Source: an uncultured Actinomycetes bacterium
Lineage (GTDB): Bacteria > Actinomycetota > Thermoleophilia > Gaiellales > Gaiellaceae
Direction: 5' to 3'
Length of the DNA stretch: 64,000 bases
NCBI GenBank assembly: GCA_963705875.1
Contig: OY970117.1
Coordinates: forward strand, 1,316,279-1,380,278
Each line of letters starts with the position of its first letter. Positions within the stretch are counted from its first letter, which is position 1. Shown here piece after piece: positions 34,082 to 45,376 of this stretch. The position numbers and the translations under genes were made by a program. The notes beneath the pieces are model-generated. The model worked only from the letters and a program-made list of their open reading frames with translations. It was not told where the DNA came from and did not search any database.

Positions 34082-36856
34082 TTAGCCGTCCGTCAGCGTC
34101 GACCAGAGAGCGGCCTGCGCGATGAGCGTCCACTCCCGCTCTCCGTCCATGCGGGAGAACGGGTCGGTCGCGAAGCCGAGGTAGCGGCTGTTCGCAGTCG
34201 TCGTGCCGTGGACGATCACGGGGGCGCCGGCCACGATCGCGTCGCGCTCGAGCCAGAGTCCCGCGACGAACATGCTGCTCGTCGTGCCGAGGTAGCGGCC
34301 GTCCACGACCGCGCCCGTCGGAATGGCGGAGAAGTACGTCGTACTCGACGGCAGGAACAGCGTGTCCCGCGCGGGGTACGCCCCGGTGAGCGGGCTCGCA
34401 TTCCCACCGGCGTTGTCCCAGAGCGCGATGCCGCCGCCCGCGTCGTCGATGCCGCGGGTGAACGTGTTGACGAGGCCGCCGGCGGTCATGAACGTGAAGT
34501 TCGTCGCCGACTGGCCCGTCCCGATGTAGCCGCCGCCACGGGCGAAGAACGCCGTCAGGCGCGCCCTCGCCTGGGTGCTCGCGGTGCCGGGATACGCCGT
34601 GCCCGTGTTGTAGAGCACGTCGATCCCCGCGAGCGGGTCGGCCGCCGCGTTCTGCAGCGAGTTCGGCCCGGTGACGGCGGAGACGAACGAGACGTCCGGG
34701 CCGAAGACCGCTTCCAGGCCCTCGAAGATCGGCCGGGTCGTGGTCGACGTCTCGGGCGTCGCGCTGTTCACGAGGACGCCGATCTTGGGCGCCTTCGTTA
34801 CGAGCGTCCGCACCGGCTTGGCGCCGACGCCGCGCTCGAACTCGATTCCTGCCTCTTCACCGGCGTCGTCGAGCGCCTCGAACGCCGCTCGGCTCGTCGG
34901 AGAGAAGATCAGGCTCCCGGCCGGCATGGTGCCGCCGCCCGTGACCTGGAACGGCGCCTCGGCCAGCTCGGCGTCCACGCCGCTGCGCAGCAGGGCGAGG
35001 ATGGCCCGGGCCTCGATCGGTCCGCGAACCGTGACCGCGTACCACTTGTTCGGAACGCTCTTCCCGCCCTCGAGGCCGCCGTCGAGACGGGACGGCCGAT
35101 CGATCTCCTTCGTGCGCGGGTCGAAGTGCCGAGCGTCACGCGGAACCTCGAAGACGTCGGCGCCCCAGACGAGACCGTGGCTCCAGGCGCCCGGAGGCGC
35201 GTAGAGGACCGAGATCCGGTCGGAGATGTCCTGGCCGGGACTCAGCGTGGTCAGGGCGAGCCCGCGCAGCGCCTGATCCATCCAGACGACGTACGAGCCC
35301 TCCGGGTACCACCGGCCGTTCCACTTGAAGTCCTTCGTCGCCTTCTCGACGTCGATGCCGTTGTCGAGGAGCCACTGGACGAGGCGGTTGGCCTCGGCGT
35401 CCGACCGCTGGGCCCCGCTCTCGAACGGGATCACGTAGGCGGTCGGGTACTCGATCATCCAGTTGTGGTTCTCCTCGTCGAACCCGCGCGAGGCGAGGAG
35501 CGGATCGTCACAGCAGTTCGGGCGCTCCGCGTCGTCGACGCCCCGCCGGTAGATCCGAACCTGGTCGCGCATCATCTTGTCGCGGTTCGAGAGCCAGTAG
35601 TCCATCGACGAGTAGAAGACGACGTACTGCGCCTTCTTCGAGCCGAGGCGGCCCTCGCCGCCGCAGCCGGCGGGATCCTCGAGGGCGCCGGATGCGTCGT
35701 AGACGGGCTGGAGCTCGGTCGAGTCGCACATCTCGACCGTCGAGCCGTCGATTCCGAGCAGCGAGATGTAGGTCTGCGTGTAGAAGGGGCCCCAGTCGTC
35801 CCAGCCCTCGGCGGTGGCCGCGCTGGGCAGGTTCCCCTCCGCGTCGCAGTAGGGGAAGAACTCGCCCCACATGGGGTGATCCGCCCACGGGCAGAAGTCG
35901 TTGACCGGCCGCTGGATCCCGTAGCCGTTCGAGCCCGGGCGACCCGGAACCGCGGTCAGCCGCGCTTCGTTGTCGTCGAGCCGGCGCTGGTTCCAGTAGG
36001 CGAAGATGTCGTACTCCATGCCCGGGTTGTGCGGCTTCGTGAGGCCGTCGTCGAGCGTCGGGTTGTAGTAGCCGTGCAGCGCGAGCCCGTTCGTCGCGAG
36101 CCAGCGTTGCTGCAGCTCGACGCTGTTCTTCACCTCGGGCTGGGACTGCACGAGGAAGTCCCGGTTCATGTCGAAGCGGTTCTCGTTCTGACGGATGCCC
36201 ATGACCCGGCCGTCCGGGTTCATGCTCGGGATGATCACGAGGACCGAGTGATTCAGGATCTCGTCCACGATCGCGTTCGTGCCACGTGGCGTGGTCGCGA
36301 GGTCGCGGATCACCTGCATCATCGCGTCGCCGCCCTCTTCCTCGTTCCCGTGGATGTTGGCCTCGATGAAGACCGGCATCTTCACGTCCTCGCCCCAGTA
36401 CCTGAGGAGCTTCTGCGCCAGCTCGGGATGGTCGAGCTCGACCTTCCTCAGCAGGAGGTAGCGGTCGTAGTCACGCCGCTGCGCCTTGGTCTCGAGCGCG
36501 TTCACGACGACGGCATAGTGGTTCCGGCCGCCGGCCGTCTGCCCGATCACGGAGTAGGTCATCCGCTGCGGGAGGCCCGCCGCGGTCGCCTCCGCCTTGA
36601 TCTTGTCGAGGGTGCATGGGATTGCGCCGTACGGCATGAGCGCGAGCGGCGGTCCCTGCTGGGGCGCGATGCCCGGCTCGGCCGCCGCAGGCGCGCACCA
36701 GGTCTCGCCGTACGTGGGCCCGAGGCCCGGCGAGATCGGCTGGCCGTTCCAGGGCGCCGCCGCAAGCGCCTGCCCGGCCGCGATCAGCGTGACGAGCGCT
36801 GCAAGCCCCGCCACGATCCCTCCACGAATTCCCCTGTGACGCAGTCGTGGTTGCAT
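34082..36856 (-). CDS. secreted M14 zinc carboxypeptidase fused to a large C-terminal region with a class I glutamine-amidotransferase-like module
   Basis: GGAGGAG lies before the ATG at 36856. Signal MQPRLRHRGIRGGIVAGLAALVTLIAAGQALA. M14 motifs are IHGNEEEG (H-x-x-E), NMNRDF and LALHGY. The C-terminal part has KIGVLVNS...FFARGGGYIGTG. The gene is intact (924 aa). Confidence 0.85.
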   Translation of the reverse strand: MQPRLRHRGIRGGIVAGLAALVTLIAAGQALAAAPWNGQPISPGLGPTYGETWCAPAAAEPGIAPQQGPPLALMPYGAIPCTLDKIKAEATAAGLPQRMTYSVIGQTAGGRNHYAVVVNALETKAQRRDYDRYLLLRKVELDHPELAQKLLRYWGEDVKMPVFIEANIHGNEEEGGDAMMQVIRDLATTPRGTNAIVDEILNHSVLVIIPSMNPDGRVMGIRQNENRFDMNRDFLVQSQPEVKNSVELQQRWLATNGLALHGYYNPTLDDGLTKPHNPGMEYDIFAYWNQRRLDDNEARLTAVPGRPGSNGYGIQRPVNDFCPWADHPMWGEFFPYCDAEGNLPSAATAEGWDDWGPFYTQTYISLLGIDGSTVEMCDSTELQPVYDASGALEDPAGCGGEGRLGSKKAQYVVFYSSMDYWLSNRDKMMRDQVRIYRRGVDDAERPNCCDDPLLASRGFDEENHNWMIEYPTAYVIPFESGAQRSDAEANRLVQWLLDNGIDVEKATKDFKWNGRWYPEGSYVVWMDQALRGLALTTLSPGQDISDRISVLYAPPGAWSHGLVWGADVFEVPRDARHFDPRTKEIDRPSRLDGGLEGGKSVPNKWYAVTVRGPIEARAILALLRSGVDAELAEAPFQVTGGGTMPAGSLIFSPTSRAAFEALDDAGEEAGIEFERGVGAKPVRTLVTKAPKIGVLVNSATPETSTTTRPIFEGLEAVFGPDVSFVSAVTGPNSLQNAAADPLAGIDVLYNTGTAYPGTASTQARARLTAFFARGGGYIGTGQSATNFTFMTAGGLVNTFTRGIDDAGGGIALWDNAGGNASPLTGAYPARDTLFLPSSTTYFSAIPTGAVVDGRYLGTTSSMFVAGLWLERDAIVAGAPVIVHGTTTANSRYLGFATDPFSRMDGEREWTLIAQAALWSTLTDG

Positions 36857-37054
36857 CGTTTCTCCTCCCGGTCGTCTCCCCCCTCCGAGGAGTGCCCCAC
36901 GCCCACCCGGCTCCCCGCGGAAGCGGAGGTGCGCAGGTTCAGAGGGCAGTCGCTTTCCACGCGACAGCGGCAGCACCGTACGAGTCGTCCGGCGCATTTG
37001 CAAGCCGAGTTCGTCTGGCTACGCCGGCGCCTCTCGCCGCGCTACAGTCGCCTG

Positions 37055-37627
37055 GTGGCGACGACGAGGGCTCCTGCGCTCCACTTCACCGGCGATCCGG
37101 AGTCGGACAGGTTCCTCGCCGAGGATCCGCTGGCGCTGCTCGTCGGGTTCGCGCTCGACCAGCAGGTGACCGTGCAGAAGGCGTTCTCGGGGCCGCTCGA
37201 GATCAAGCGCCGGCTCGGCACGTTCGACGCCGGGAAGATCGCCGCGACCGATCCGGCCAAGCTCGAGGAGGTCTTCCGCGAGAAGCCGGCGATCCACCGG
37301 TTCCCCGGCGCGATGGCGAAACGGGTGCAGGATCTCTGCGCCGCGATCGTGGCCGACTACGACGGCCGGGCCGAGCGCGTCTGGACGGAGGCCGCCGACG
37401 GCGCCGACCTGAAGAAGCGGCTGCTCGCACTCCCGAGCATCGGCGAGATGAAGGCGAAGACGCTCATCGCCGTCATCGGCAAGCGGCTCGACGCCGGCCC
37501 GCCCGGCTGGGAGACGGTCGCGCCCGAGCACATGACGCTCGGCGACGTCGATTCGGCCGAGGCGCTCGCCGACTACCAGGCGAAGAAGCGCGCCCACAAG
37601 GCCGCGATGCGCGCGGCCAAGCAGTAG
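37055..37627 (+). CDS. HhH-GPD-type base-excision-repair superfamily protein
   Basis: GTG at 37055. Only the last 190 aa of the 1192-aa shadow ORF 34049-37627 look real: LHFTGDPESDRFLAEDPLALLVGFALDQQVTVQKAFSGPLEIKRRLG...LLALPSIGEMKAKTLIAVIGKRL (helix-hairpin-helix). Confidence 0.75.
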   Translation: MATTRAPALHFTGDPESDRFLAEDPLALLVGFALDQQVTVQKAFSGPLEIKRRLGTFDAGKIAATDPAKLEEVFREKPAIHRFPGAMAKRVQDLCAAIVADYDGRAERVWTEAADGADLKKRLLALPSIGEMKAKTLIAVIGKRLDAGPPGWETVAPEHMTLGDVDSAEALADYQAKKRAHKAAMRAAKQ

Positions 37628-37793
37628 CTCCCCGCCCGCCCCGGGGTTGTTGACGGATTGATCCAGAGTCGGCGCGATCCCGCGCGCAATCCGTGCGCAG
37701 TTCCGCGGTACGCTCGAAGTGGTGGTGAGCGGCGCTCCCCACCCTGGGTGGGCGCGCGCGCACGTGTGTAACCCGTAACGCGGTGAAAGCGAA

Positions 37794-37827
37794 GCGGGGC
37801 GGCCCCTCCGAGGAGAAGCCGCCCCGC
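37794..37827 (-). terminator. 10-bp GC hairpin after the giant M14 gene
   Basis: GCGGGGCGGC-N14-GCCGCCCCGC lies 12 nt past the TAA at 37839. On the minus strand it is followed by TTCGCTTTC. Confidence 0.6.
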
Positions 37828-37838
37828 GGTTCAGTCCG

Positions 37839-40800
37839 TTACTTGAACTGGATCGTGAGCGTGTTCACGGACCCGTCGTCCAGGGTCAGCGTGAACTTGC
37901 GGCACGTGTTGCGCCAGCTCGAGGACGTGTCCCACTCGTAGGTGTACGTCCCGCTCGAGTAGCTGAGCGAGCCGGCCGTTGCCGACGCCGATCCGATTCC
38001 GGCGCCCGACGAGCAGCTCACCTGCTGCGACTGCGGGTAGCCGGTCGCGATCACGCCGAGCCCGCGGTTTACGCCGCCGAGCTTGAACTTGATCTTCAAG
38101 TCCTTGCCGGCGTCGCCCTTCGACGGAGGCGAGCTCCACGAGAACGGCCAGACGACCTTGTAGGTCGCCGTCAGGCTGCTCGTGTTGCCCGCGTTGTCGG
38201 CGGCGTTCACCGTGTACGACTTCGGCCCGATCGTGGACGTGTCCACCGTGGCCGGGCCCGTGCAGCTCGCGACGCCCGACGCGATGTCGGTGCACGAGTA
38301 GCTCGGGGTGACCGACGAGCCGAGCGTGTACGTCGCACCCGACACCGGCGACGCGATCGAGATGTTCGGGCCCGCGCCGTCGATCGTGAACGACTTCGTC
38401 TTGATCGCCTCGACGTTCCCCGCGTTGTCGGTCGCGTGGAACTGCACCGTGTGCGAGCCGTTGCCGCTGACGGCGAACGGGCCCGTGTAGGTCGTCCACG
38501 AGCCGGAGTCGAGCAGGTACTCGATCGACGCCACGCCCGATCCGCCGACGTTGTCCGTGGCGGAGAGGGTGACGGTCGTCGGGTTCGAGTAGAAGCCCGT
38601 GATCGTGGACGGCGAAAGCGTCGCCTTCGAGGACGGCGCGTAGCCGTCGTTCGTGAAGGTGAGCGTCTTCGTCGTCTCGATGAGGCCGGTCAGGTCGACC
38701 GCGCGGTACGTGATCGTGTGCGCACCGCTCGTCGGTGATCGCAAACGGGCCGGTGTACGTGCGCGTGCCCGAGCCGTCGACCGTGTACTGAATCGCGATC
38801 GCCCCCGAGCCGGCACCGTCGTTCGCCGTGAGGGTCACGGTCGTCGGTGCCCGGTGGAACCCGCCCACTGCGGGCGGCGAGAGCGATGCGGTCGTGGTCG
38901 GCGCGTTGCCGTCCACGTTGAACGAGAGCGACTTGAGCGCCTCGACGTTGCCGAGGTTGTCGGTCGCGCGGTACTCGAGGAGCCGAGCGCCGTCACCGGT
39001 CACGACGAACGGACCGGAGTAGGTGACGAACGCTCCGCCGTCGAGGCGGTACTCGATCTTCTGGATGCCGGCGCCGCCCGTGTCCGTGGCCGTGATGGTC
39101 ACGGTCGGGTTGCGCCACCAGCCGAAGTTGACCGTGCCGGACAGCACCGCGTTGGACACCGGTGCGGTCGTGTCGACGGTGAACGTCGACGTCGACGTGG
39201 CCTCCTCGTTCCCCGCGCGATCCGTCGCCCGTGCCGACAGCGTGTAGGCGCCGTCGCCCGGGAAGTTGGAGAACGCGAAGTCGTCCGACCAGCTCGCGGA
39301 GCCGTCGGCGGAGATGAACACCTGGGACGCGCTCGAGAAGCTCGAGCCGTTCCAGTACAGCCCCGTCGAGTTGCGCCGCATGCTCCACCGGACGGACGCG
39401 GGGCCGGAGCGGTCGTCCGCGGCCGTACCGCAGATGTCGCCCGCCGGAGTCCCGCAACCGGCTGCCCACGGCCCGGCGTTGTAGAAGCGCGCCGTTCGCC
39501 GGGAAGCCGACCGTGGAGGTCGGGTTGACGTTGTCGATCGTAAACGTCGAGGACGCGGGAACGAGACTGCTCGTTGCCGCCCACGTCGATCGCCTTCGCC
39601 CGCACGACGTAGGTGCCGTCGGCCGGGAACTGGCTCGCCGCGAAGGCGAACGACCACGTGGTCGTCCCCGTCGCGTCGGCGTAGACCGGCGTCGCGCTTG
39701 CGAACGCCGTGCCGTCCCACCAGGAACCGCTCGAGGCCTGCTGCACGGCGACCTGCACCTTGGCGAGCGCCGGGCCGGAGCCGTTCGACGCCGTGCCGCA
39801 GAAGTCGCCTGCGGGCGTCGAGCAGCCGGCGTCGAAGTTCGCGTTCGAGTACGCGCCGCCGTTCGCGGGGAAGTCGATCGTCGAGCTCGCCTCGTCGGTC
39901 AGGTTCGACCACAGGGCCGCCTGGCCGATCAGCGTCCACTCACGCTCGGCGTCCTGCCGTGAGAACGGGTTCGCCGAGTAGCCGACGTAGCGGCTGTTCG
40001 CCGTCGTGTTCCCGTGGACGACCACCGGCGCGGAGTTGGATGTTGCCGCGCGGTTGCGCCACAGGCCCGCGACGAAGCCGGGCGACGGGCCGTTCGGGGC
40101 GGTACCGGTCATGTTCGCGTTGTTGCGCCCGTCGATGACCGCACCCGCAGGCGTTGCCGTGAAGTACGTGACGTTCGACGGCATGAACAGGTAGTCCGCC
40201 GCCGCGAAGCCGCTCGTGATCGGGCTGTTGGCTCCGCCGACGTTGTCCCAGGTCGTGATGCCGCCGCCCGCGCCCGAGCTGGTGAGCGTGAACGGGCTCG
40301 TGACGAGGGCCGGCACCGCGCCGGTGAGGAACGTGAAGTTCGTCGCCGACACGGCGGTGCCGATGTAGCCGCCGCCGCGGGCGAAGAACGCGTTGAGCCG
40401 GGCCCGTGCGGTCGTGTTCGCCGCGGCCGGGTACGCCTGGCCCGTGTTGTAGATGACGTCGATCCCCGCGAGCGGATCCGTCGGGGAAAGCTGGAGCGAG
40501 TTCGCCCCGGTCAGCATGGACACGAAGATCGCGTCGGGCCCGAAGAGCGCCTTCAGCGACTGCGACGTGTCCGAGTTGGCGGGGTTGGCGCTGTTCACGA
40601 GGATCGCGACCTTCGGCGCCTCCTTCATCTGCGTCGTCGCCGGCTTCGTGACGCCGACGTTCCGCTCGAAGTGGATCCCTGCGGCCGCACCGGCGGCGTC
40701 GATCGCCGCCTTGGTCGCGGGATCGTTCGGGAAGATGAACGAGCCGGCCGGCATCGTGCCGCCGGTCGTCGAGGCGAAGCTCGCCTCGGCGATCTCGCCG

Positions 40801-42879
40801 GTCGATGCCGCCGCGAAGAAGCGACAGGATCGCCCGGATCTCGATCGGCCCGCGGGCCGTCACCGAGTAGAAGTCGGACGGAGCCGCTGCCCCGTCGCGG
40901 ATCCCACCGGTCAGCGGGTTCGGCGCCGCGATCGGAGCCGTCGCCGGCGTGAAGGCCGGGCCGCTGCGCGGAATCTCGGCCACGTCGGCGCCCCACATGA
41001 GCCCGTGGCTCCAGGCGCCCGGAGGCGCGTAGAGCTGGGTGATCCGGGCGGAGATGTCCTGGCCCGCCGCAAGCGTCGTGTAGGCGAGGCCGCGGAGGGC
41101 CTGGTTCATGTTCACGACGTACGAGCCGGCCGGGTATGTGGTCGAGCCGTACGAGAAGTCGGAGGTCATCCGGTGGACGACGATCCCGTTGTCGAGGAGC
41201 CACTGCGCCATCCGGTTCGCCTCGGCGTCGGAGCGCTGCCCGTCGCCGTTGAACGGGATGACGAAGGCCTTCGGATACGGGACCATCCAGTTTTGGTGGT
41301 CCTCGTTGAACCCGCGGGCGATGAGCAACGGGTTGAAGCAGCACTGCGACCGGTCGGCGTCGGCGACGCCGCGACGGAACATCTCGATCTGGTCCTTCAT
41401 CATCGGCGAACGGTTGTCGAGCCAGAAGTCCGCCGACGAGTAGAAGCCGATGTACTGCGCCCGCTTCGAGCCGAAGCGGCCGTTACAGCCGGCGCCCGAC
41501 GAGCACATCTCGAGCGTCGAGGAATCCGGGCCGTAGAAGGCCATGTACGTCTGGGTGTAGAAGGGGCCCCAGTCGTCCCAGCCCTCGGCGTTGGCCGGGG
41601 ACGGGAGCGGAGCCGCCGTGCCGCCGCCCGAGGCCGGGAGGTCGGACTGCGTCGGGTGGACGTACGTGAACGACGTCGTCGTCGGGGTGCTGGCGATCCT
41701 GAACGTGCCGTTGTACGCCGCGTTCGCGACGCCGCTGATCGTCACCTGGGCGCCGACCGTGAGGTCGAGCGAGAGGGCGGCCGTCGTCGTGATCGTGACG
41801 GTATTGCCGACCTGGGTCGCGCCACCCGGCGCCGCCGCGATCGTGCGCTGGGTCGAGGCTCCGCAGCTGTTCCCCGCGGTGACCGGCGAGGAGGCGGAGC
41901 AGTAGCCGGTGAAGCCGGTCAGGCCGGCCGGGGCGTTGGGGCGTGTGATCCCCATCCCGACGGCGGCGAGCGCGGCCTGGTTCGCATCGACTCGCAGCTG
42001 ATTCCAGTACGCGAAGATGTCGTACTCGAGACCCGGGTTGTGCGGCTTCGTGAGACCGTCGATCAGCGTCGGGTTCACGTAGCCGTGCATCGCGAGCCCG
42101 GCGGTCGCGAGGAACTCCTGCTGGAGCCGGATCGAGTTGCGGGTCTCCGACTGCGACTGCACGAGGAAGTCGCGGTTCATGTCGAAGTTGTTGCCGTTCG
42201 CCCGCTGGCCGATGAAGCGGCCGTCCGGGTTCTGGTTCGGGATCACGACGAGGATCGCGTGATCGAGGAGCTTGTCCACGGACGGGTTCACGCCGTACGG
42301 CGTGGTCACGAGGTCGCGGAGCACCTGCATGATCGCGTCGGCGCCCTCCTCCTCGTCGCCGTGGATGTTGGCCTCGATGAAGATCGGCATCTTCACGTCG
42401 GGGCCCCACGAGTCGAGCAGGATCTTCGCGGCGACCGGGTCGGTCAGCTCGATCGCGCGGAGCTGCTGCCAGCGCTGGTAGTCGCGGATCTGGTTCGGCG
42501 TCTCGAGCGCGTTGACGACGACCCGGTACATGTTCCGGCCGCCGGCCGACTGGCCGAGGATCGAGAAGTCCATGCGCTGAGGAAGCGACGCCGCGTTCGC
42601 CTCGTCCTGGAACTTCTGCAGCGAGCAGCCGATCGCCTCGTACGGGATGAGTGCGAGCGGCGCGCCCTGCTGGTTCGCGATGCTCGATCCCGGTGCGGCG
42701 TTCGCGCACCAGGGATCGCCGAATGTCGGACCGAGTCCCGCCGACACCGTGGTGCCGTCGTACGGCGCTACAGCGAGCGCGGTAGCCGGCATGAAGACCG
42801 CCGCAGCGGCGAAAACTGTTGCGAGCGCGACAACGAGTCGGCGCGCGCGCACGTGTCCCCCAAGTCTCCCCTTGGTCAT
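37839..42879 (-). CDS. giant (~1680 aa) secreted M14 carboxypeptidase paralogue with GATase-like module, several Ig-like (OmpL47/CHB_HEX_C-like) repeats and a C-terminal PxKF-like domain; four 1-nt frame breaks (about 40800, 39567, 39488, 38727)
   Basis: Signal MTKGRLGGHVRARRLVVALATVFAAAAVFMPATALA. M14 motifs IHGDEEEG, NMNRDF, LAMHGY. It then matches paralogue 34082-36856 through ...REWTLIGQAALWSNLTD. Repeats of type I.Y.LDGG.W..Y.GPF.....G.H.....A.D.AGN.E follow. The tail is VVWPFSWSSPPSKGDAGKDLKIKFKLGG...WRNTCRKFTLTLDDGS. Length is 5041 nt = 3n+1. Confidence 0.85.
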
Positions 42880-42989
42880 CTCGAGCTCCGTCCTCTCTCC
42901 GGTTGGCGACGCGCGGAAGTTCGCCGCGTCCGCGCGAGCATAAGACCTGGAAGCCTCAGAAAAAAGGAGCTTTGTGGCGTTTCGCTCTT

Positions 42990-44172
42990 TTACGCCACGC
43001 CGGCGAAGAGCGAGGAACGGGCCTCACGCACCATCTCGCGGGCGATCACGAGGCGCTGGACCTCGTTCGTCCCCTCGTAGATCTGGGTGATCTTCGCGTC
43101 GCGCATCATGCGCTCGACCGGGTACTCCTTCACGTAGCCGTAGCCGCCGAGGATCTGCACGGCCTCGGTCGTCGCCCACATGGCCGTGTCGGAGCAGAAG
43201 AGCTTCGCCTGCGCGGACGCCTTGGTCAGCTCCGGCCCGTCGATCCCGTCGTCGGCCATGCGGGCGAACCGGTGGAGCAGTCCCCGCGCCGCCTCGCACG
43301 CGGTGTCCATGTCGGCGAGCTTGGCCGCGATCAGCTGGTGCGAGGAGATCGGCTGGCCCATCGTCTCCCGGCTCTTGGCGTAGTCGAGCGCGTAGTCCGT
43401 CGCTCCCTGCGCAATGCCGAGCGCCTGTGCCGCGATCCCCGGGCGCGAGCGGTCGAGGACGCGCATCGCGATCGGGAAGCCCTCGCCCTCTTCCCCGACG
43501 AGGTTCGACGCGGGGATGCGGCACCCGTCGAAGAACACCTCGCCGGTGGTCGAGCCCTTGATCCCGAGCTTCGGCTCGATCCGGCCGACCGAGAACCCGG
43601 GCGCGTCAGCCTCGACCATGAAGCACGAGATTCCCTTGTGGCCGGCCTCGGGATCGGTCTTGGCGAAGACGGTGTAGAGCCCGGCGACGCCGGCGTTCGT
43701 GATGAAGCGCTTGCCGCCGTCGAGGACGTACTCGTCGCCCTCGCGCTTCGCCGTCGTCCGCATCGCGGCCGAGTCGGAGCCCGAGCCCGGCTCGGTGAGC
43801 GCGTAGGCCGCGAGCCATTCGCCGCTCGCCAGGCGCGGGAGCCAGCGCTGCTTCTGCTCCTCCGTCCCCGCGAGCTTGACGCGCCAGCGCGCCCAGCTCC
43901 TGCACGGCGAGGATCAGGCCGGTCGTCGCGCACGCCTTGGAGATCTCCTCGACCGCGACCATGAGCGTGAGCGTCCCGGTGCCGGTCCCGCCGTAGTCCT
44001 CCGCGAACGGCAGCGCGAGGATGTCGTTCTCGCGGAAGAGCTCGACCATGTCCTGCGGGAACTCGGCGGTCGCGTCGATCTCGGCGGCCCGGGGCGCGAT
44101 GCGCTCGCGGGTTATCTGCCGGACGAGCTCGCGGATCTCCCGCTGGTCGTCGCTGAGGTCGTCCCAGGGCAC
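42990..44172 (-). CDS. acyl-CoA dehydrogenase; 1-nt frame break near 43884
   Basis: [46 protein letters not shown]... (ORF 43606-44172) joins [41 protein letters not shown]...[39 protein letters not shown] (ORF 42990-43763). Confidence 0.9.
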
Positions 44173-44181
44173 GGGCGGAGC

Positions 44182-45355
44182 TTAAAGCTCGATCAGCGTC
44201 TCGGGCGCGGTCGTCAGCGCCTCGCCGCCCGACTCGGTCACGAGGTACGAGTTCTCGATCCCGATCGCGGCCTCGCCGGGGAACACGAACTTCGGCTCGA
44301 GCGCGAACACCTGATCCTTCTCGAACGGCTGGTCCCAGCCGCGCGCCAGGAGCGGGAGCTCGTCGATCTCGAGCCCGATCCCGTGGCCGACGAACGTGAC
44401 GCGCTCATCCCCCGCTCCCATGAATCCCTCGCGATCCAACCCGGCCAGCTCCTGCGCCAGGTCGTAGAGCGCCGCGCCGGTCACGCCGGGCTTTGCCGCC
44501 GCCGCGACGCCGTGGAGCACCTCGACGGCCAGATCGTGCGTCTCCGCGTAGCGCGCCTCGACCGGGCCGAGCGAGAACATCCGCGTCTGGTCCGAGAGGT
44601 AGCCGTCATGCGCGCCCGCGAGGTCGACGAGGATCGGCTCGCCGCGCCCGATCGGCCTCGCCGACGCACCGCGGGAGACGGAGATGTTCACCCCGGGGCC
44701 CACGATCGGCGTCTCGCTCGCGCCCGGCACGGCCGCCGCTAGGCCCGGCCAGCACCGACCCGTAGAAGAGCTCGTTGTTGAACGACCGGAAGCGGATCGG
44801 CCCCTGGTGCCCGGCGAGCCGCAGCTCGCGCTCGATCTCCGCCGCCAGCTCGAGCTCGGTCATCCCCTCGCGCACGTGGCGCTCCATCCACTCGGGCAGA
44901 TGGGCGACCTGCTCGCAGGCGACGCGGATGCGCTCCAGCTCGTAGGCGGACTTGATCGAGCGCACGTGCCGCAGGACGCCCGAGCAGTCGGCCAGCTCGA
45001 AGCCGTCGAGACGCTTCGCGTAGCGGAGGTAGCTCGCGGCCGGGAGCACGTCGAGCTCGAGGCCAAGCCTGCCGCCGTCGAGCCCGAGCCCGGCGAGCGC
45101 GCCGGGAAGGTCGCGGAGCGAGCGCAGCGGCTCGACGCGATCAAGGGGACTCTCCTCGCGCGCACGCGCGAAGGTCTTGCGAACGAGCAGCGCCGGCTCG
45201 CCCTCGGCAGGGACGATCAGGTGCGCGCTCTGCGCCGTGCCGGACAGGTAGTAGAGGTCGGTCTCCTGGACGACGAGCGCGCCGTCGAGCCCGGCCGCGC
45301 GTAGCCCTTCCTGGAACCGGGCGATGCGCGCTTGGATCTCTCCTGCGGGAACCAT
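44182..45355 (-). CDS. M24-family Xaa-Pro aminopeptidase / creatinase-like peptidase; 1-nt frame break near 44741
   Basis: N-domain MVPAGEIQARIARFQEGLRAAGLDGALVV... (ORF 44606-45778 frame). The C-terminal pita-bread domain has ILVDLAGAHDGYLSDQTRMF, VGHGIGLEIDE and ALEPKF (ORF 44182-44730). Confidence 0.85.
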
Positions 45356-45376
45356 CGGATTAGAGTCTTTCGGACC

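Noticed and set aside
34049-37627. 1192-aa plus-strand ORF spanning the whole first M14 gene.
   Set aside because: Only the last 190 codons (37055-37627, HhH-GPD protein) look genuine. The rest is antisense to the M14 carboxypeptidase and has shadow-ORF composition.
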